Positions 1-12,790 are shown, counted from the first letter of the stretch. The stretch is DNA of 64,000 nt from Octopus vulgaris (GCA_951406725.2 OX597821.1:3720001-3784000), one strand, 5' to 3'. Numbers and translations: made by a program. Notes: generated by a model from the letters alone, not told the origin.

Positions 1-319
1 AGCGAAAAGGAAGTTATATAGCTACGTAGTCCGGAGTACCTAGGAGGGTAAAAATCATGTGCGCTTATTGAATGAAGGTCTTTAGATTAGAAGTAGAAAT
101 GATAATGGACATTATCATTGATATTGCTTTCCTTATAATTATAATTATTAGTACACGTACAATTATTGCATGTTGAATTAATAATTGAATTAATATATTT
201 GGTTGGTAAATTTTTGGGCCTTTACTATTCGTGGATTTCAAGTATTTCATATCTTCAGCTGCTAGAGTTATCAAGACTGATATTTGAATGTCTTTTTAAG
301 ATAGATATTTATGCAAGTA

Positions 320-351
<32 letters not shown>

Positions 352-352
<1 letters not shown>

Positions 353-768
353 GTGAGAGAGCAGCGCATGCCATCAAAGGTACACTGGAGTAAAATATAC
401 GAAACCCAGTATACCCATCTTGACTACATATCTGATAAGAGTAAACCAGGTACATGCATCACAACTATATGTGCTCGACATGGTGATCTCATATCAAGAT
501 AAACAGCACATTACCTTGCAGGTGGGGCCCAGTTAGAATTTGCTTCAGGTCGAGTAGTCCCTCTCGCTCAAAAGATCACTGAATAAGGATTGTTTAAAGA
601 TGTTGAACGAACCACCCATGTTTCTAAAGGTGAATTATCCAAACTTCTAAGAATTTCTTTCAACGCACGGCTATGATGCTCCCCCACTACTTCTGCTTGT
701 GATCAGAGATGCACATATCGTCAGCCACTAAGGGACATGGTCAACTGACAAACACATCTGTGGTATTG

Positions 769-770
<2 letters not shown>
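352..770 (-). mobile_element. Repeat family A (non-tRNA, (TAA)n-tailed interspersed element), 5'-truncated copy
   Basis: Near-identical to 6956-7512, 31857-32411, 52893-53310 and 53451-53885 (gagtgagagagcag..catgccatcaaag..cttgcaggtggggcccagttagaattt..). Flanked on both sides by (TTA)n. Confidence 0.85.
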
Positions 771-810
<40 letters not shown>

Positions 811-812
811 GT

Positions 813-957
813 TATTCTATGCTTGACTTTTGCTTTACATTTGTGCAAGTTGACTCCCAGAGACCTCAAGAGACAAGTTGGAAGTCCATGTTGGTGTTAT
901 GCCTAAGGTACCATATATTTGGTTCTGTACTTAGTGTTGTACTAGTGAATGTTTAAG
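813..957 (-). mobile_element. Probable 3' UTR fragment of an R4/Dong-like LINE
   Basis: Minus strand reads ..gtctcttgaggtctctgggagtcaacttg..caaaagtcaagcatagaataac followed by (AAT)n and is bounded by TAA tracts. The assignment rests on resemblance only. Confidence 0.4.
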
Positions 958-1070
958 AATTATTATTATTATTAACAACAACAACAGCAATAATAATAAT
1001 AATAATGTTATCTACCATGACATTAATGCTGTTGATGATGATGATATATTTCGAGGTACTTCTCCTTATG

Positions 1071-1421
1071 ATTATTACTCCGCCATTGTGTTCAGTCGTG
1101 TTTGTTTGTTTGTTTGTCCCTGGAGAAGATATCCCAAGAATCGCTGGATGGATTCGGACGAAAGTTTCAGAGATGCTTACACTTGTGATAGGCACGAACT
1201 GATTAGATTTTGGGATCGATACTGGACAAGGCTCTGGATTATTTTCCTGTTTCTTTTTACTTGATTTTTTATTGCGGTCGGCTTCATTTTTAATATTCAA
1301 GATTGTGAGAGTAGTCGAGTTTATTTCAGATATTCTCATTTTAAAAATCACCCCTGGCTAATAGTTGGGAGGACGTTGCTGTCACCTTGGCGGAGGTTTG
1401 CGCTCTCGGAGTGCTCTTGTT
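1071..1421 (+). mobile_element. Helentron-associated (HINE/pearl-like) non-autonomous element
   Basis: 5' ttattactccgcca and subterminal inverted tggcggagg (~1388), a (TTTG)n microsatellite after the 5' IR, and a 3' hairpin gcgctc-tcg-gagtgc before a T-rich end. Confidence 0.6.
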
Positions 1422-1978
1422 ATTATTATTATGATAATAACTAATAGTCACACTTTTCAACGTTGTCTTCTTAAATGACGAAGCAATATGTATACAAAAA
1501 ATTCCTAAAGTAAAGAGAAAAAAATCTCTGTTTTGTTAGAAAATTAACAATAGAAACATACGGAAGTCGCATCGCTCGCAGTTAATGCTATATACAAAAA
1601 ATGCATTATGTTTTTTATTACCATTGTTATTGTAGCAAATGCATCAAGTATTTCTAATGTAATTCTTCTCAATATACTATGCGATCTGCTAATATATTGA
1701 ATAAAGTTCAGCCAATCGAATATATGTTTTGCCTCTTACCCATGAATATCTGTGTGAGCATGGATGTAAGTAACAGTGCGTGTGAACGCTAGGTTATCAT
1801 TTTCTAAGCCACAATTAAAGTCATTGTTCCTTCCGAAAATGCTTATAATAAGTCCATTTTGCGCCCTATGATACCTTAATAGATGTCCCCGTATGATAAA
1901 TGAATTGTATGTGGAATATATATAGTATTATATTTATTCCTTAATTTCTATTTTGAGTTCCTAGGGTAGTGCGTCGGT

Positions 1979-2331
1979 ACTCTTTTACTCTTTTACTTGT
2001 TTCAGTCATTTGATTGTGGCCATACTGGAGCTCCGTCTTCAGTCGAGCAAATTGACCCCAGGACTTATTCTTTGTAAGCCTAGTGCTTATTCTATCGGCT
2101 TCCTTTGTCAATCAATGGTGGGGAGGGGGACAGACACCGAAACACAAATAGACACACACATATATATACGACGGGATTCTTTCAGTTTCCGCCTACCAAA
2201 TCCACTCACAAGGCTTTGGTCGGCCCGAGGCTATAGTAGAAGACACTTGCCCAAGGTGCCATGCAATGGGACTGAATACAGAACCATGTGGTTGGTAAGC
2301 AAGCTACTTATCACAGAGCCACTCCTGCGCC
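1979..2331 (-). mobile_element. tRNA-derived SINE family B
   Basis: Head ggcgcaggagtggct..gtaagtagcttgcttaccaaccacatggttc..ttcagtccca; conserved core gccttgtgagtggatttggtag.cggaaactgaaaga; (GTAAAAGA)n tail; many copies in the window. Confidence 0.85.
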
Positions 2332-2439
2332 TATAATTTATAATATAATTTTATGCTAATATAAAGTTATAGTTTGCTTAAATCATTGTATATGGTATGT
2401 TATGTTGACAGAGACAGCAGGTTAAACAATGCAAAATGG

Positions 2440-3010
2440 ATTGTAAGATGAGTTAACAAACATCAAAAGTAAGATACCCGGTAAACCTTGATTTGATTTT
2501 TGATTTTATAATAAAACTATTGGTCTTATATGTGTCCAACATTTCGGGATTTAAAGGTCCCTTCATCAGAGTTTAAGGAACTCTCTTTGGATAAAAATTT
2601 TCACTTTGTTTTAGATATTTTTTCAAGCGATTTTTATGGTAATTTCGCTTTCCTCATGAATGACGTCAATTCCTAATATAGTATTTTGTAAATTAATTTT
2701 CTTTTTTGCATGAGATATTTAGTGTGGGTGCCCGTGGGTGTGTATTTTTTATGTTAAAACTGTGTGCCGAGTTCTAATCTATTATTTATTTGCGGATAGA
2801 ATATATGTATAAGCAAGGCTTCCTTAATTCTGAAGTTGCCCACATTTCTATCTCCCGCTTTAATAATAACGGTAATATATTGCTTGATGTTTCTATATTT
2901 GTCAGTGTACTTTTTGAATGAGGGTGCGCGTGTGTTGAAGAGGGGATGAATGTGTGTAAATAGAGTGAAAGCCAACTCTGAAAATATTCACACGACGAAT
3001 ATTTATCGTG
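2440..3010 (-). mobile_element. Penelope-like element remnant (GIY-YIG endonuclease C-terminus plus pLTR with hammerhead-like motif)
   Basis: ORF 2754-2975 ends ..VIIKAGDRNVGNFRIKEALLIHIFYPQINNRLEL, resembling the PLE GIY-YIG 'R.I.EAL.I...P.LN' motif. Downstream is CTGATGA-aggga..tccc-GAAA at ~2570-2540. Confidence 0.6.
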
Positions 3011-3234
3011 TGGAAAAAAAAAGAAAGAAAATTAGAGATGAGACGGTATGGTGTTCAGAATTATTTCATAATATAGTTAACAAAAATATTCACCCAACAC
3101 TACATGCCTATAATCAACATTTTGTAGATGCTGCCTACGTGGAGAGATAACTATCTAACTTATCTAACGGATCTTATCTGTTTCTGTTGACTAGTTGACA
3201 ATATATTATATATTATATATATATACATACGTAC

Positions 3235-3279
<45 letters not shown>

Positions 3280-3647
3280 CATTTATATATATTCGAAGCA
3301 ATTACAATCCTACGTCAAACAGTAGGATATCTTCATCAGCCACATACCTTCAAGACAGATACTGTTAGCTTTGCGTAAATTAGGACAAGATAAGTAATTA
3401 CATTGTTAGGTGACATTAATCGCAAATTACGTTATAAAGTAAATACAGTTTGGAAAATTGATGACGCACTTGACGGAACTGGATGGTGATGATCACCTTC
3501 TTTGATTGGTGTATAATGTAGCGTCAGCTCCCTTAGACAAGAAGTTCGTATTATCAAGTATTTTATATGTCTATCTATTTGTCTATTTGTGTCTCTCTGT
3601 CTACCTGTACATGCATGCAACACTATACGCACACAATTCATTCTTTG

Positions 3648-3697
<50 letters not shown>

Positions 3698-3901
3698 CCC
3701 CCTCTCTGGCTTTGGGGTAAGAAAAAAAGGGTTAAGCTGGAAGCAACCCGGAGATGAGGAGCAGTAATTTGGCCACTTCTACTGACCCACCAACGGCTGA
3801 ATGTTATGATTCAGGGTCAAAACACTTGATGAACTTTGAGTCCTGTCTGATGACAGTTCATCCTGGCCAAATCTCGTTTCACTTTGGTGAGTGGGAAAAA
3901 G

Positions 3902-3952
<51 letters not shown>

Positions 3953-3995
3953 TATCCATATTATCATATTATCCATGTAAATATATATCAGAGAA

Positions 3996-4057
<62 letters not shown>

Positions 4058-4879
4058 ATGTGCATATATATTTATACACATTATTATGTATATGTGAGAA
4101 TATATGTGTGCGTGCGTGTGTGTATGCTGCATGAATACATATACAGACATATACACATACATGCACACATATATACGATCGAGAGAAAACTTTATTATTG
4201 ACCATCTTTGAACCCAGAGAATTGAGCATCGAAATTAATACCCTAAGTCATAATGTCGAAATTACTAACTGCTCCATCAATGCAGTGTCATTATGTAAGC
4301 CGTACCTTCATTTTTTTTTATCTTAGCCATTAGACATTTATAAACATAATCATTTTGTAAAATTTACACCAACTGCGAATACAGAGATTTACATTTCATA
4401 TTACTGTGTGGCTAACTTGGCGTGTGAAACCTAATACGAAATTAAATCTCTTAAATATGATCTAACACGCCCGGAGTTATCAGCCACACCTGCCGAATTA
4501 ATACTGCTTGACTAATAAAATAAGTTTTCTTTAACGCTTACTTAGTTCTGGTTAGCGTGTTATGGTGCCTGAATTAAAAATGTTAACAGTAGTTAAACAA
4601 GCAATATGTATTTTTATGTAGAAAGAAAATGATGCTAAAATTATGGTTTCACAGTGTGATGTATTGAGATGTGTTTTAAGAACATTAATTCACCAAAATA
4701 CATCGGATATTTTTATAACATCATGTGAACTTATAAGCCGTTGAGTTCGTTGGTGAATAGATGTGAGCCGTTGTGATAAAAGTTTAAAAGAAATAATGAG
4801 CTATACAACATATTATTTCTAAATATTGTAAAATGCATTGCAACCATGGACACATACATATAATCATGTGCACATTACA

Positions 4880-4968
<89 letters not shown>

Positions 4969-5236
4969 ATGTATATATAATACTTGCATGTGCATTCACA
5001 AGCAAAGTAGGGTATGTTAAATATCTTTATTTATTACGTAAGGCTTCAAAAATACAAGAGATGTGAAAAAAACCTATGCAGAAGCATCTTTGATGTACAT
5101 TAGCATTTATTATGTATCTTGTTTCTATTTTATATATTTGGCTTTCATTGAAGGGGAGCACAAATACTATAACATATAACTTTCATGTTTACTATTTTGA
5201 TTCCTAATATACATGTCGAAACATTATGAATATATC

Positions 5237-5297
<61 letters not shown>

Positions 5298-5830
5298 AGA
5301 GAGAGAGAGAGAGAGAGAGATTACAGGTAATAACTTTTATAGAGATGTCTTTCGTATTTTATTTGATATATGCTCGCCTTTGTTTTTATTTATTTTATTT
5401 TATTTTATGCTTTGCCATAATACAAATGGATGCTGATGCGCAGAAATATTAGGATCTAAGGGCATATTATTAACATGAATCATCTATAGCGATATACAGT
5501 GTTATTTATGTACAGGTCATATGCGCACTGTGTATGGCTGTATGTTTGCATGCTTGTTGTTGTTTCAATGTGCATATATGTCTTTATACGCATGTGCGTA
5601 CGTACATGGCACGTGGTATAAATACGTATGCATAACTATATATATATGTGTGTGTGTGTGTATGTGCGTGTTTTAATGTTTATTTGCGTTTATATATATG
5701 TATATATATATGTGTTGCTGTCTGTCTCCACGTGTGTACAATCCGCACATTCTAACTTATACCGTACGTGTGTGTGTTTGTGTGTGTGTGTGTTTGTGTG
5801 TTTGGTATGTGGTATATACATATATATATA

Positions 5831-6149
5831 CACTGGCGAAAATAAATTTAAGACCGATGATAAAAGCTCTATTTCTTACAAAATATTTTGTTACTAACAC
5901 CATAAATCTTAAGCTTTAAATAAACTTATAATGATACGGTCTTAAACTAATTTTGCCGGTAAATTTGAAACGTTTATGCATTAGGATTCTTCAAGTTGTT
6001 GAAAAATAGTTATTGTCTGCATCATTCGAAAGAGAAATATATTCTGCATAAGGTGTAAAAGATAAAAATAATTTGTACGGTGTTAGTAGCAAAATATTTT
6101 GTAAGAAATAGAACTTTTATCATCGGTCTTAAATTTATTTTTGCTAGTG
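5831..6149. mobile_element. Tc1/mariner-type MITE with ~75-bp terminal inverted repeats
   Basis: TA|cactggcgaaaataaatttaagaccgatgataaaag.. and ..cttttatcatcggtcttaaatttatttttgctagtg|TA. An internal partial copy of the TIR motif lies at ~5936-5960. Confidence 0.8.
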
Positions 6150-6242
6150 TATATACATATATATACACATTTGTGTGTGTCTGAGTGTGTGTAAGTATGT
6201 GAGTGTGAGTGTGTATGTAAATATAGGGGACAGCAATACATA

Positions 6243-6277
<35 letters not shown>

Positions 6278-6955
6278 CATGTGAGTGTGTATAATTAATT
6301 TGTGCACACATGCCATTATAAATGTATACGTCTATATGTGTGTATGCGAGAGAAAGAGAGAGAGGGAGAGAGATGAGAGGAGAGAGAAGGATTTTGTATG
6401 CGTATGTCTGACTCTACATGCGCGTGTTCGTATCTGTGTATTTGAAGTTAATATTGTATATTTTGCAAAGGCAATGAAATGTATAATTATGTCCACACGT
6501 CTAGAACTGATGCCTAATTATTTCTAAAATTACTGATTAAGGGCAAACATTAAAATAACCTATGTAATTGATGTTAGCTCTCAGACTAATTAAACTAGAC
6601 ATTAAGTAAGATTGTGAAGGTAAGTAGAATTAAATGTAATTTCTGTGATGTTTTGTCCACGTAGTGCAGGGTTTTCGTTTTAAATTTAAATGCGAAGAGT
6701 CATGAGGGAAAAACATGACCACATTTGTTACTTATATAATGAATACATGAATCTAATCGATTATTTCAAGTAAATTAAATCTAGACAATACTACCTCTCC
6801 AAATGTTTTCGTTCTCTATCCATTTCAACATCATTCCTGCATTTAATTATTCTCTTTCTCTTATCTGTATTACACACGTGAATATATATATAGGTATGCA
6901 TGTACGTATATGTATATATGATGTGTATATTATTATTGTTATTATTATTATTATT

Positions 6956-7512
6956 GAGTGAGAGAGCAGTGCATACCATCAAAGTGACACTGGGGTAAAC
7001 ATACGAAGCCCAGTACACCCATCATGACTACCCGTTTGATAAGGGTACACCAAGCACAAGAATCACAATCATATGTGCGTGACACAGTGATCTCATATCG
7101 AGTTAAACAGTGCATGACCTTGCAGGTGGAGCCCAGGTTGAATTTTCTTCAGGTCGCGTGACCCACCCGTCTCAAAACGTCCCTGAATAAGGGTTACCTA
7201 AAGATGTTGAACAAAACAGCCATGTTTCCAGAGGTGAATTATTCAAACCCCAAATAATTCCTCTCAATACATGGCTATGATACACCCCCACTCCAATTCT
7301 GCTGGTGATCAGAGATGCACATATCGCCAGCCACCAATTGACATGCTCAAGTAGTTAAGGTCAAATAACTGACAAGCAAATCTGTTGTAGCGAGCAGAAT
7401 ATTTGCTGTAGTCCATTTATTATAGCAAGACAAAACAATGTGCATGATAATACATCCGATGAGTTAAGATCAGAAGCCATGAGATCCATTGTTTGGTACT
7501 GCGTCAAGGCAT
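6956..7512 (-). mobile_element. Repeat family A, apparently full length (~555 bp)
   Basis: Same ends as the copy at 31857-32411; (TTA)n tail at 6929-6955. Confidence 0.85.
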
Positions 7513-8330
7513 TATGTGAAGGATACGAGATTTTACAGTAAAGCTCGGGGAGGGGAAGTTGTAAGGGTAGCTGCGAAATATCTCCATCTAATAGAAGACA
7601 GGCATTTAAATTGATAGGGTTTTTCTAATGATCTGGTGAGTATAATTCAGCACAATCTTTTGGATTTCTCTAAGACATGGTTATCCTGAGATCATATCTA
7701 GGTGCTTCTGACATCCCTCTTTCATCACACCTAGGATATCTACTGTAACAGGGAAGTATCTTTTGTATTTCAGTTTCCAGGTCCTTATTTTTATTTATTT
7801 TTTTTTTGTACTTGTTCCAGTCATTTGACTGCGGCCATGCTGGAGCACCGCCTTTTAGAGTGGTGAAAGAGTACAGCAGGGATCACCACCATCCCCTGCC
7901 GGAGCCTCGTGGAGCTTTTTAGGTGTTTTCGCTCAATAAACACACACAACGCCCGGTCTGAGAATCGAAACCGCGATCCTCCGACCGCAAGTCCGCTGCC
8001 CTAACCACTGGGCCATTGCGCCTCCTTATATTTACTAATTTTGTCAAATTCCTTTACAAATGTATTTTTATCTGTGGTAACACTTACATCTATTACACTA
8101 CAAATATTTTCTTCCCTATCTTTAATAATTATTTCTGGTTGATTATACTGGATCATTCTGTCGGTGTTGATTGGAAAATCCCAGAGGATGCAGATATTTT
8201 TACCTTCACCGTCTGGTTCGGGATGATGTTCAAACCACTTAGGAATGCCGATTTTGTAGGTTTTAAGCAAATATTTTCCAATGTAAACATTGTCCTACCT
8301 TATTGTTAGACTAAGATTCTTCAAAACAGT
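7513..8330 (-). pseudogene. R4/Dong-clade LINE 3' fragment (restriction-like endonuclease region), interrupted by SINEs
   Basis: Translates KWFEHHPEP..ILWDFPINTDRMIQYNQPEIIIKD..VIDVSV..KEFDKISKYK. After the SINE insertions (~7785-8025) it resumes DLETEIQK..LGVMK..LREIQKIVL..IIRKTLSI*, a typical RLE C-terminus. Confidence 0.8.
7865..8025 (-). mobile_element. tRNA-derived SINE (family D-like head) inserted in the Dong fragment
   Basis: ggaggcgcaatggcccagtggttagggcagcggac..ggtttcgattctcagaccgggcg contains A and B boxes. An adjacent family B tail fragment lies at ~7790-7858. Confidence 0.75.
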
Positions 8331-8360
8331 ATCCCGTCTTAGTAATAGCTAAGGTTAGGA

Positions 8361-8773
8361 TGTGGAGGCGCGTGACTTAGTTATTAGGGTGTCAGCATCA
8401 TGTTTCGTAACGTTGTGGTTTCGAATCCTGGACCGGGAGATGCGTTGTGTTCTTGAGCAAAACACTTCACTTCACGTTGCTCCAATCTACTCAGCTGGCA
8501 AAAATGAGTAATCTTGCGACGGACCGGCGTCCCGTCCAGGTGGGGAATTTCTACGCCACCGAAACCGGAAAACCAGCCCTTATGAGCCTGGCATGGCTCG
8601 AGAAGTAACATTTATTGTGGTGACGCGTGGCGTAGTGGTTAAGGTGTCATTTCCCGTTGCTCCAGTCCACTCAACTGGCAAAAATGAGTAACGCTACGAT
8701 GGACTGGCGTCCCAGAACACATACGCCATTGAAACCGGTTCCATGAGAATGGCGAGGCTTTAAAACGGCGCAT
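8361..8773 (+). mobile_element. Two tandem tRNA-derived SINEs, family D (V-domain-like body)
   Basis: tgtggaggcgcgtg.cttag..gttagggtgtc..ggtttcgaatcctggaccggg; body gcgatggactggcgtccc. The second copy (8617-8773) is internally deleted. Matches 14606-14855. Confidence 0.8.
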
Positions 8774-8871
8774 TTATTTTTTATTTTGAATTTATGATCG
8801 TTATCCTTTGTGTTAAAGTTTAATTCTTTTAATAAAGATCGGCCATTAGTATTATACAATATTTGGCTATC

Positions 8872-9287
8872 TTTTATCTTTTACTTGTTTAAATCATTTG
8901 GCTGCGGCCATGCTGGAGCACCGCCTTGAAGAATTTATAGTCGAATGTATCGACTACAGTACATTGTTTAAGCCTCGTACTTATTTCTTTTGCAGAACCG
9001 CTAACTTACGGATATATAAACACACCAACAACGGTTGTCAAATGAGGAGTGGAGTGCAAATAGTGGCACAAATACATAGATATATACATTCATACATGCA
9101 TACATACATACATTCATATATATATATATATACATATTTCAGTTTCCATCTAACAAATCCACTCACAAGGCTTTGGTCGGACCAAGGTTATAGTAGAAGA
9201 CAATTATCCACCCATGGTGAAACGCAGAGGGACTGAACGAGAAACCATGTGGTTGGGAACGAAGTTTCTTACCACACAGCTACTCCA
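8872..9287 (-). mobile_element. SINE family B (diverged)
   Basis: Homologous to 1979-2331, with an internal (TACA)n/(TA)n tract. Confidence 0.8.
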
Positions 9288-10754
9288 AGATTTAAAAAAA
9301 GTAAAGCATTACTTTTAACCAGTCGAGTTACATATTTTCAAATTTCAAAGCGCTGAGAGAGAAATATCAAAAGCTATTTTTTTCTGGTGTTGCAAAATTT
9401 ATCAGCCTTTGGTGCGTAAACAACTTCGGAGATGATAAAGTTGAAGAGGCAAGTTAATGAATGAATTAAATTAATATTTGATGCAAAATGATTGCGCTTG
9501 CTAAGTGTAGGGTCGAAGAAATTTACTGAGTTTAACGGTCGCTGCATAATAGTTGTTACAGACGGTGTACAGTAAATGCATTTTCTATTTAGTATTTCGA
9601 CGTTTATGACGACACGATCTCATTTGAGGGGGATAAAGTTACTATTTTCAAAAAGAAGACCAACCACATTGAAGCTTCTCCGTCCAATCGACTCTACCAA
9701 TTAGAGATTTTATAAGCATTGTGTGTACGAAATTTTAAATCATTAATTCATTCTTGAAATCTATGTATATTATTGATTTAGTTTTAGATTTCAGCCATTG
9801 TGTCATTTTAATGCAATTGTATTGATGGTGGAACAAAAGTAATTTGAGAAATATAACGTGCAATCATAAACTCAATTGTTATAAACATCATCGATACGCC
9901 ATCACCAGCACCACCGTCGTCGCCATTATCATCATCATCACCATCATCATTATCAACAACATCGTCATCGTTATTAGCATCATCGCAAGTAACAGTATAT
10001 CCTCCATGCTCAGCATCATTATCATCAACCACAGAAATGCTATCGCCTTCATCATAAACATTACAATTCTCTTCTCCGTTTGTATTATGCTTATTTCTTG
10101 TTTGAGTTTGTTAGTATAATTCTCATTAATATTTCTATTATTGCTAATAGCATAATCAGCATTAATCGAATAATTATTGTAATATATTCTTTAAACAATT
10201 TTGTAGCTTTTCATTCCTGCTTCTGCTGGTGTGAACGACGTAATTTTCCTTTTCCTTTTTTTCTTATTTCTTCATTTTTATTTTTGCATTTATATTTAAA
10301 ACAAACCTTATTACAGCTTGAAGTGTAAATAATTCTCGCATCAAAGGCAGTAAAACACAAAGGAATGAAACCAGGCATACACTAATTGAATGTTCTACCA
10401 TTAATAATTATGTTATGAATGAAAACAGTATGATGCCTCCCATGGGCTTATTACTAAATACGCTACGAATTTGGCAGTTTCAGGGCGAAATATTTTCTAT
10501 GCTGCGAGTAAGTTGAATTCACAGTTTACATATATAATATTTGGTGTTATTATTCGTGTTTGAATTACTTGATAATTCACAGTAAAGCTAATAATTCATA
10601 TATAGGTTACTTATTTCACCGAGTTACAATAACATAGATTGAAAATCTTCAATTAGCATCCGATAATTAGATTCAAACAACCTCTAACTAATCACTCTTC
10701 TACTAGTGGTTAACATCATAGCCATATATCTCTATACCTATTCAAAACTGTCAA

Positions 10755-10896
10755 TTATTATTATTATTATCATCATCATCATCTTCATACTCATCATCAT
10801 CAGCAGTACCAGCAGTGGCAGTAGCAGCAGTAGTAGTGGCAGTAGCAGTGGTGGTGGTGGTAGTGGTAGTAGTAGTAGTAGTAGTAGTAGTAGTAA

Positions 10897-10949
<53 letters not shown>

Positions 10950-10950
10950 T
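10755..10950. repeat. Compound trinucleotide microsatellite (TTA/TCA/GCA/GTA)n
   Basis: Read directly from the sequence. Confidence 0.95.
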
Positions 10951-10974
10951 TAATAGTGTCATTATTTTTATTAA

Positions 10975-11190
10975 GATTACGAGCTGGCAAAATCATTGGA
11001 AAACCGGGAAAGAAATTTTGTCCCATTTCGTCCCTCTTCGCCTTCTGAGTCTAAACTCCACCGAGGTCGTCATTGCCTTTTATTATTTCTTGGCCCATGC
11101 AATGACAACGGGTCACGTACTGAGTTCGATGTCATAAACTAGATGCGGCCATAAGGGAAATTGCAGGCATTGTGCATATAGTAGAAAGGG
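10975..11190 (+). mobile_element. Degenerate SINE family C
   Basis: gagctggcaaaatcattgg..ttctgagtctaaactccaccgaggtcg..gccttt aligns by eye to the family C head and core. Confidence 0.55.
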
Positions 11191-12057
11191 TTATTATTAT
11201 TATATTTATTGTTTATAGTGTTGTTTGTGCTGCTACTGATCATGCATTTCTGTTACTCTTTATATTGTTGGTAATATCGTTGCCAATGCTATTAATGCTA
11301 TATATATATGTTTGTGTAAATATATGTGTTTGTCTGTGTGCGCGTGCTAACGCGTGTGTGTGAATGCCTGTGTGTATATATGTGTGTAAGCAAATGAATT
11401 CAATCAAACCAGATGAACAGGAATGAACATTAAAGATAATGTGTAGTCTTAGCTTAATTTTTCATTGATGAAGAATACTCCCCCTCTGACGCTTCGGACG
11501 TTAGAACTTCATCTGAGATTAAAAGATACAATGATGAAGTGTCGTGAGACAAACAGGAAAATGTAAATGATCTGAACGAGTGGAAGCAACGGCTAAAAAT
11601 GTAGAGTCAATAAGAGTGGTAGAAGAAATGTTCATACGCATGGTATGATGATGAATAATATTTGCATTCCAGTGATGATGTATATATTTCACTTTAATAC
11701 AATTTTATATAATACTCATTAATATTTCTATTATTATATTACCCATGGTGCAACGCAGAGGGACTGAACGAGAAACCACTTAGCTGGGAACCAAGTTTCT
11801 TACCACACACCTACTCCAAGATTTTAAATAGTAAAACATTACTTTCAAACAGTCGAGTTCTACACTTTCTAATTTCAAAGCGCTAACAGAGAAATATCAA
11901 AAACTTTCGTTGTTCATACACGGCAGAAATGCCGTGTGTGAACAACGAAACGTTACGCTGTGCCATTATAACTGTGTTATATAGGAATGTGGCTGGGAAT
12001 AAAAGGGTTTCAGTAAATATTCGTGTCTAAGCATAGAAGTGAGTATGTATTTATATA

Positions 12058-12291
12058 CTATTTCTTTATTGCTCAGAAGGGGCTAAACACAGAGAGGACA
12101 AACAAGGACAGACAAACGGATTAAGTCGATTACATCGACACCAGTGCGTAACTTGCACTTAATTTATCGACCCCGAAAGGATGAAAAGCAAAGTCGACCT
12201 CGGCGGAATTTGAACTCAGACCGTAACGGCAGACGAAATACTGCTACGCATTTCGTCCGACGCGCTAACGTTTCTGCCAGCTCCCCGCCTT
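12058..12291 (-). mobile_element. tRNA-derived SINE family C (Meta-domain-like core)
   Basis: Head ggcggggagctggcagaaacgttagc..ctgagttcaaattccgccgaggtcgac; core ttcatcctttcggggtcgataaattaagt.c.agtt; tail ..aataaagaaatag. Confidence 0.85.
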
Positions 12292-12389
12292 TATTTACTT
12301 ATATACGTTAAAACATGAATCAGGATTTATGGGCAGTGGTAGTCATAAGCGGAACACACTCATTGAGTAATGTGCGGATCATCTAACAT

Positions 12390-12630
12390 TTGTAATATGT
12401 TGCAAGAACGGGTAGATTTCAAGTTTCTTTTTACACTTTCGAGCTGTTTTCACATTGTAGCCATATTGATTCTGTCATTCCAGTTGCAGCTTCATACAAT
12501 TTATCTTCCGGTTATTCTGTGTAGTTTGAATTCATGTCATATCTTCACGGATATATTCCCCGGTTTCCCATATTATCATATGACTTATATGTGGCGTAGG
12601 TTCTACCTTGCATCAGGAGAATATGTTAAA
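12390..12630 (-). pseudogene. Possible ancient RTE-type LINE C-terminal remnant
   Basis: Frame-hopping translation ..QGRTYAT..EYIREDM..EDKLYEAA..SIW weakly resembles the RTE ORF end. Confidence 0.3.
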
Positions 12631-12716
12631 TTATTTCCTGTATTTTAATGGAAAGAAATGAAACAAAGATAACTAAATTTCGACAAAATATACACGTTAA
12701 TCTGCATGCGTGAGTA

Positions 12717-12790
<74 letters not shown>

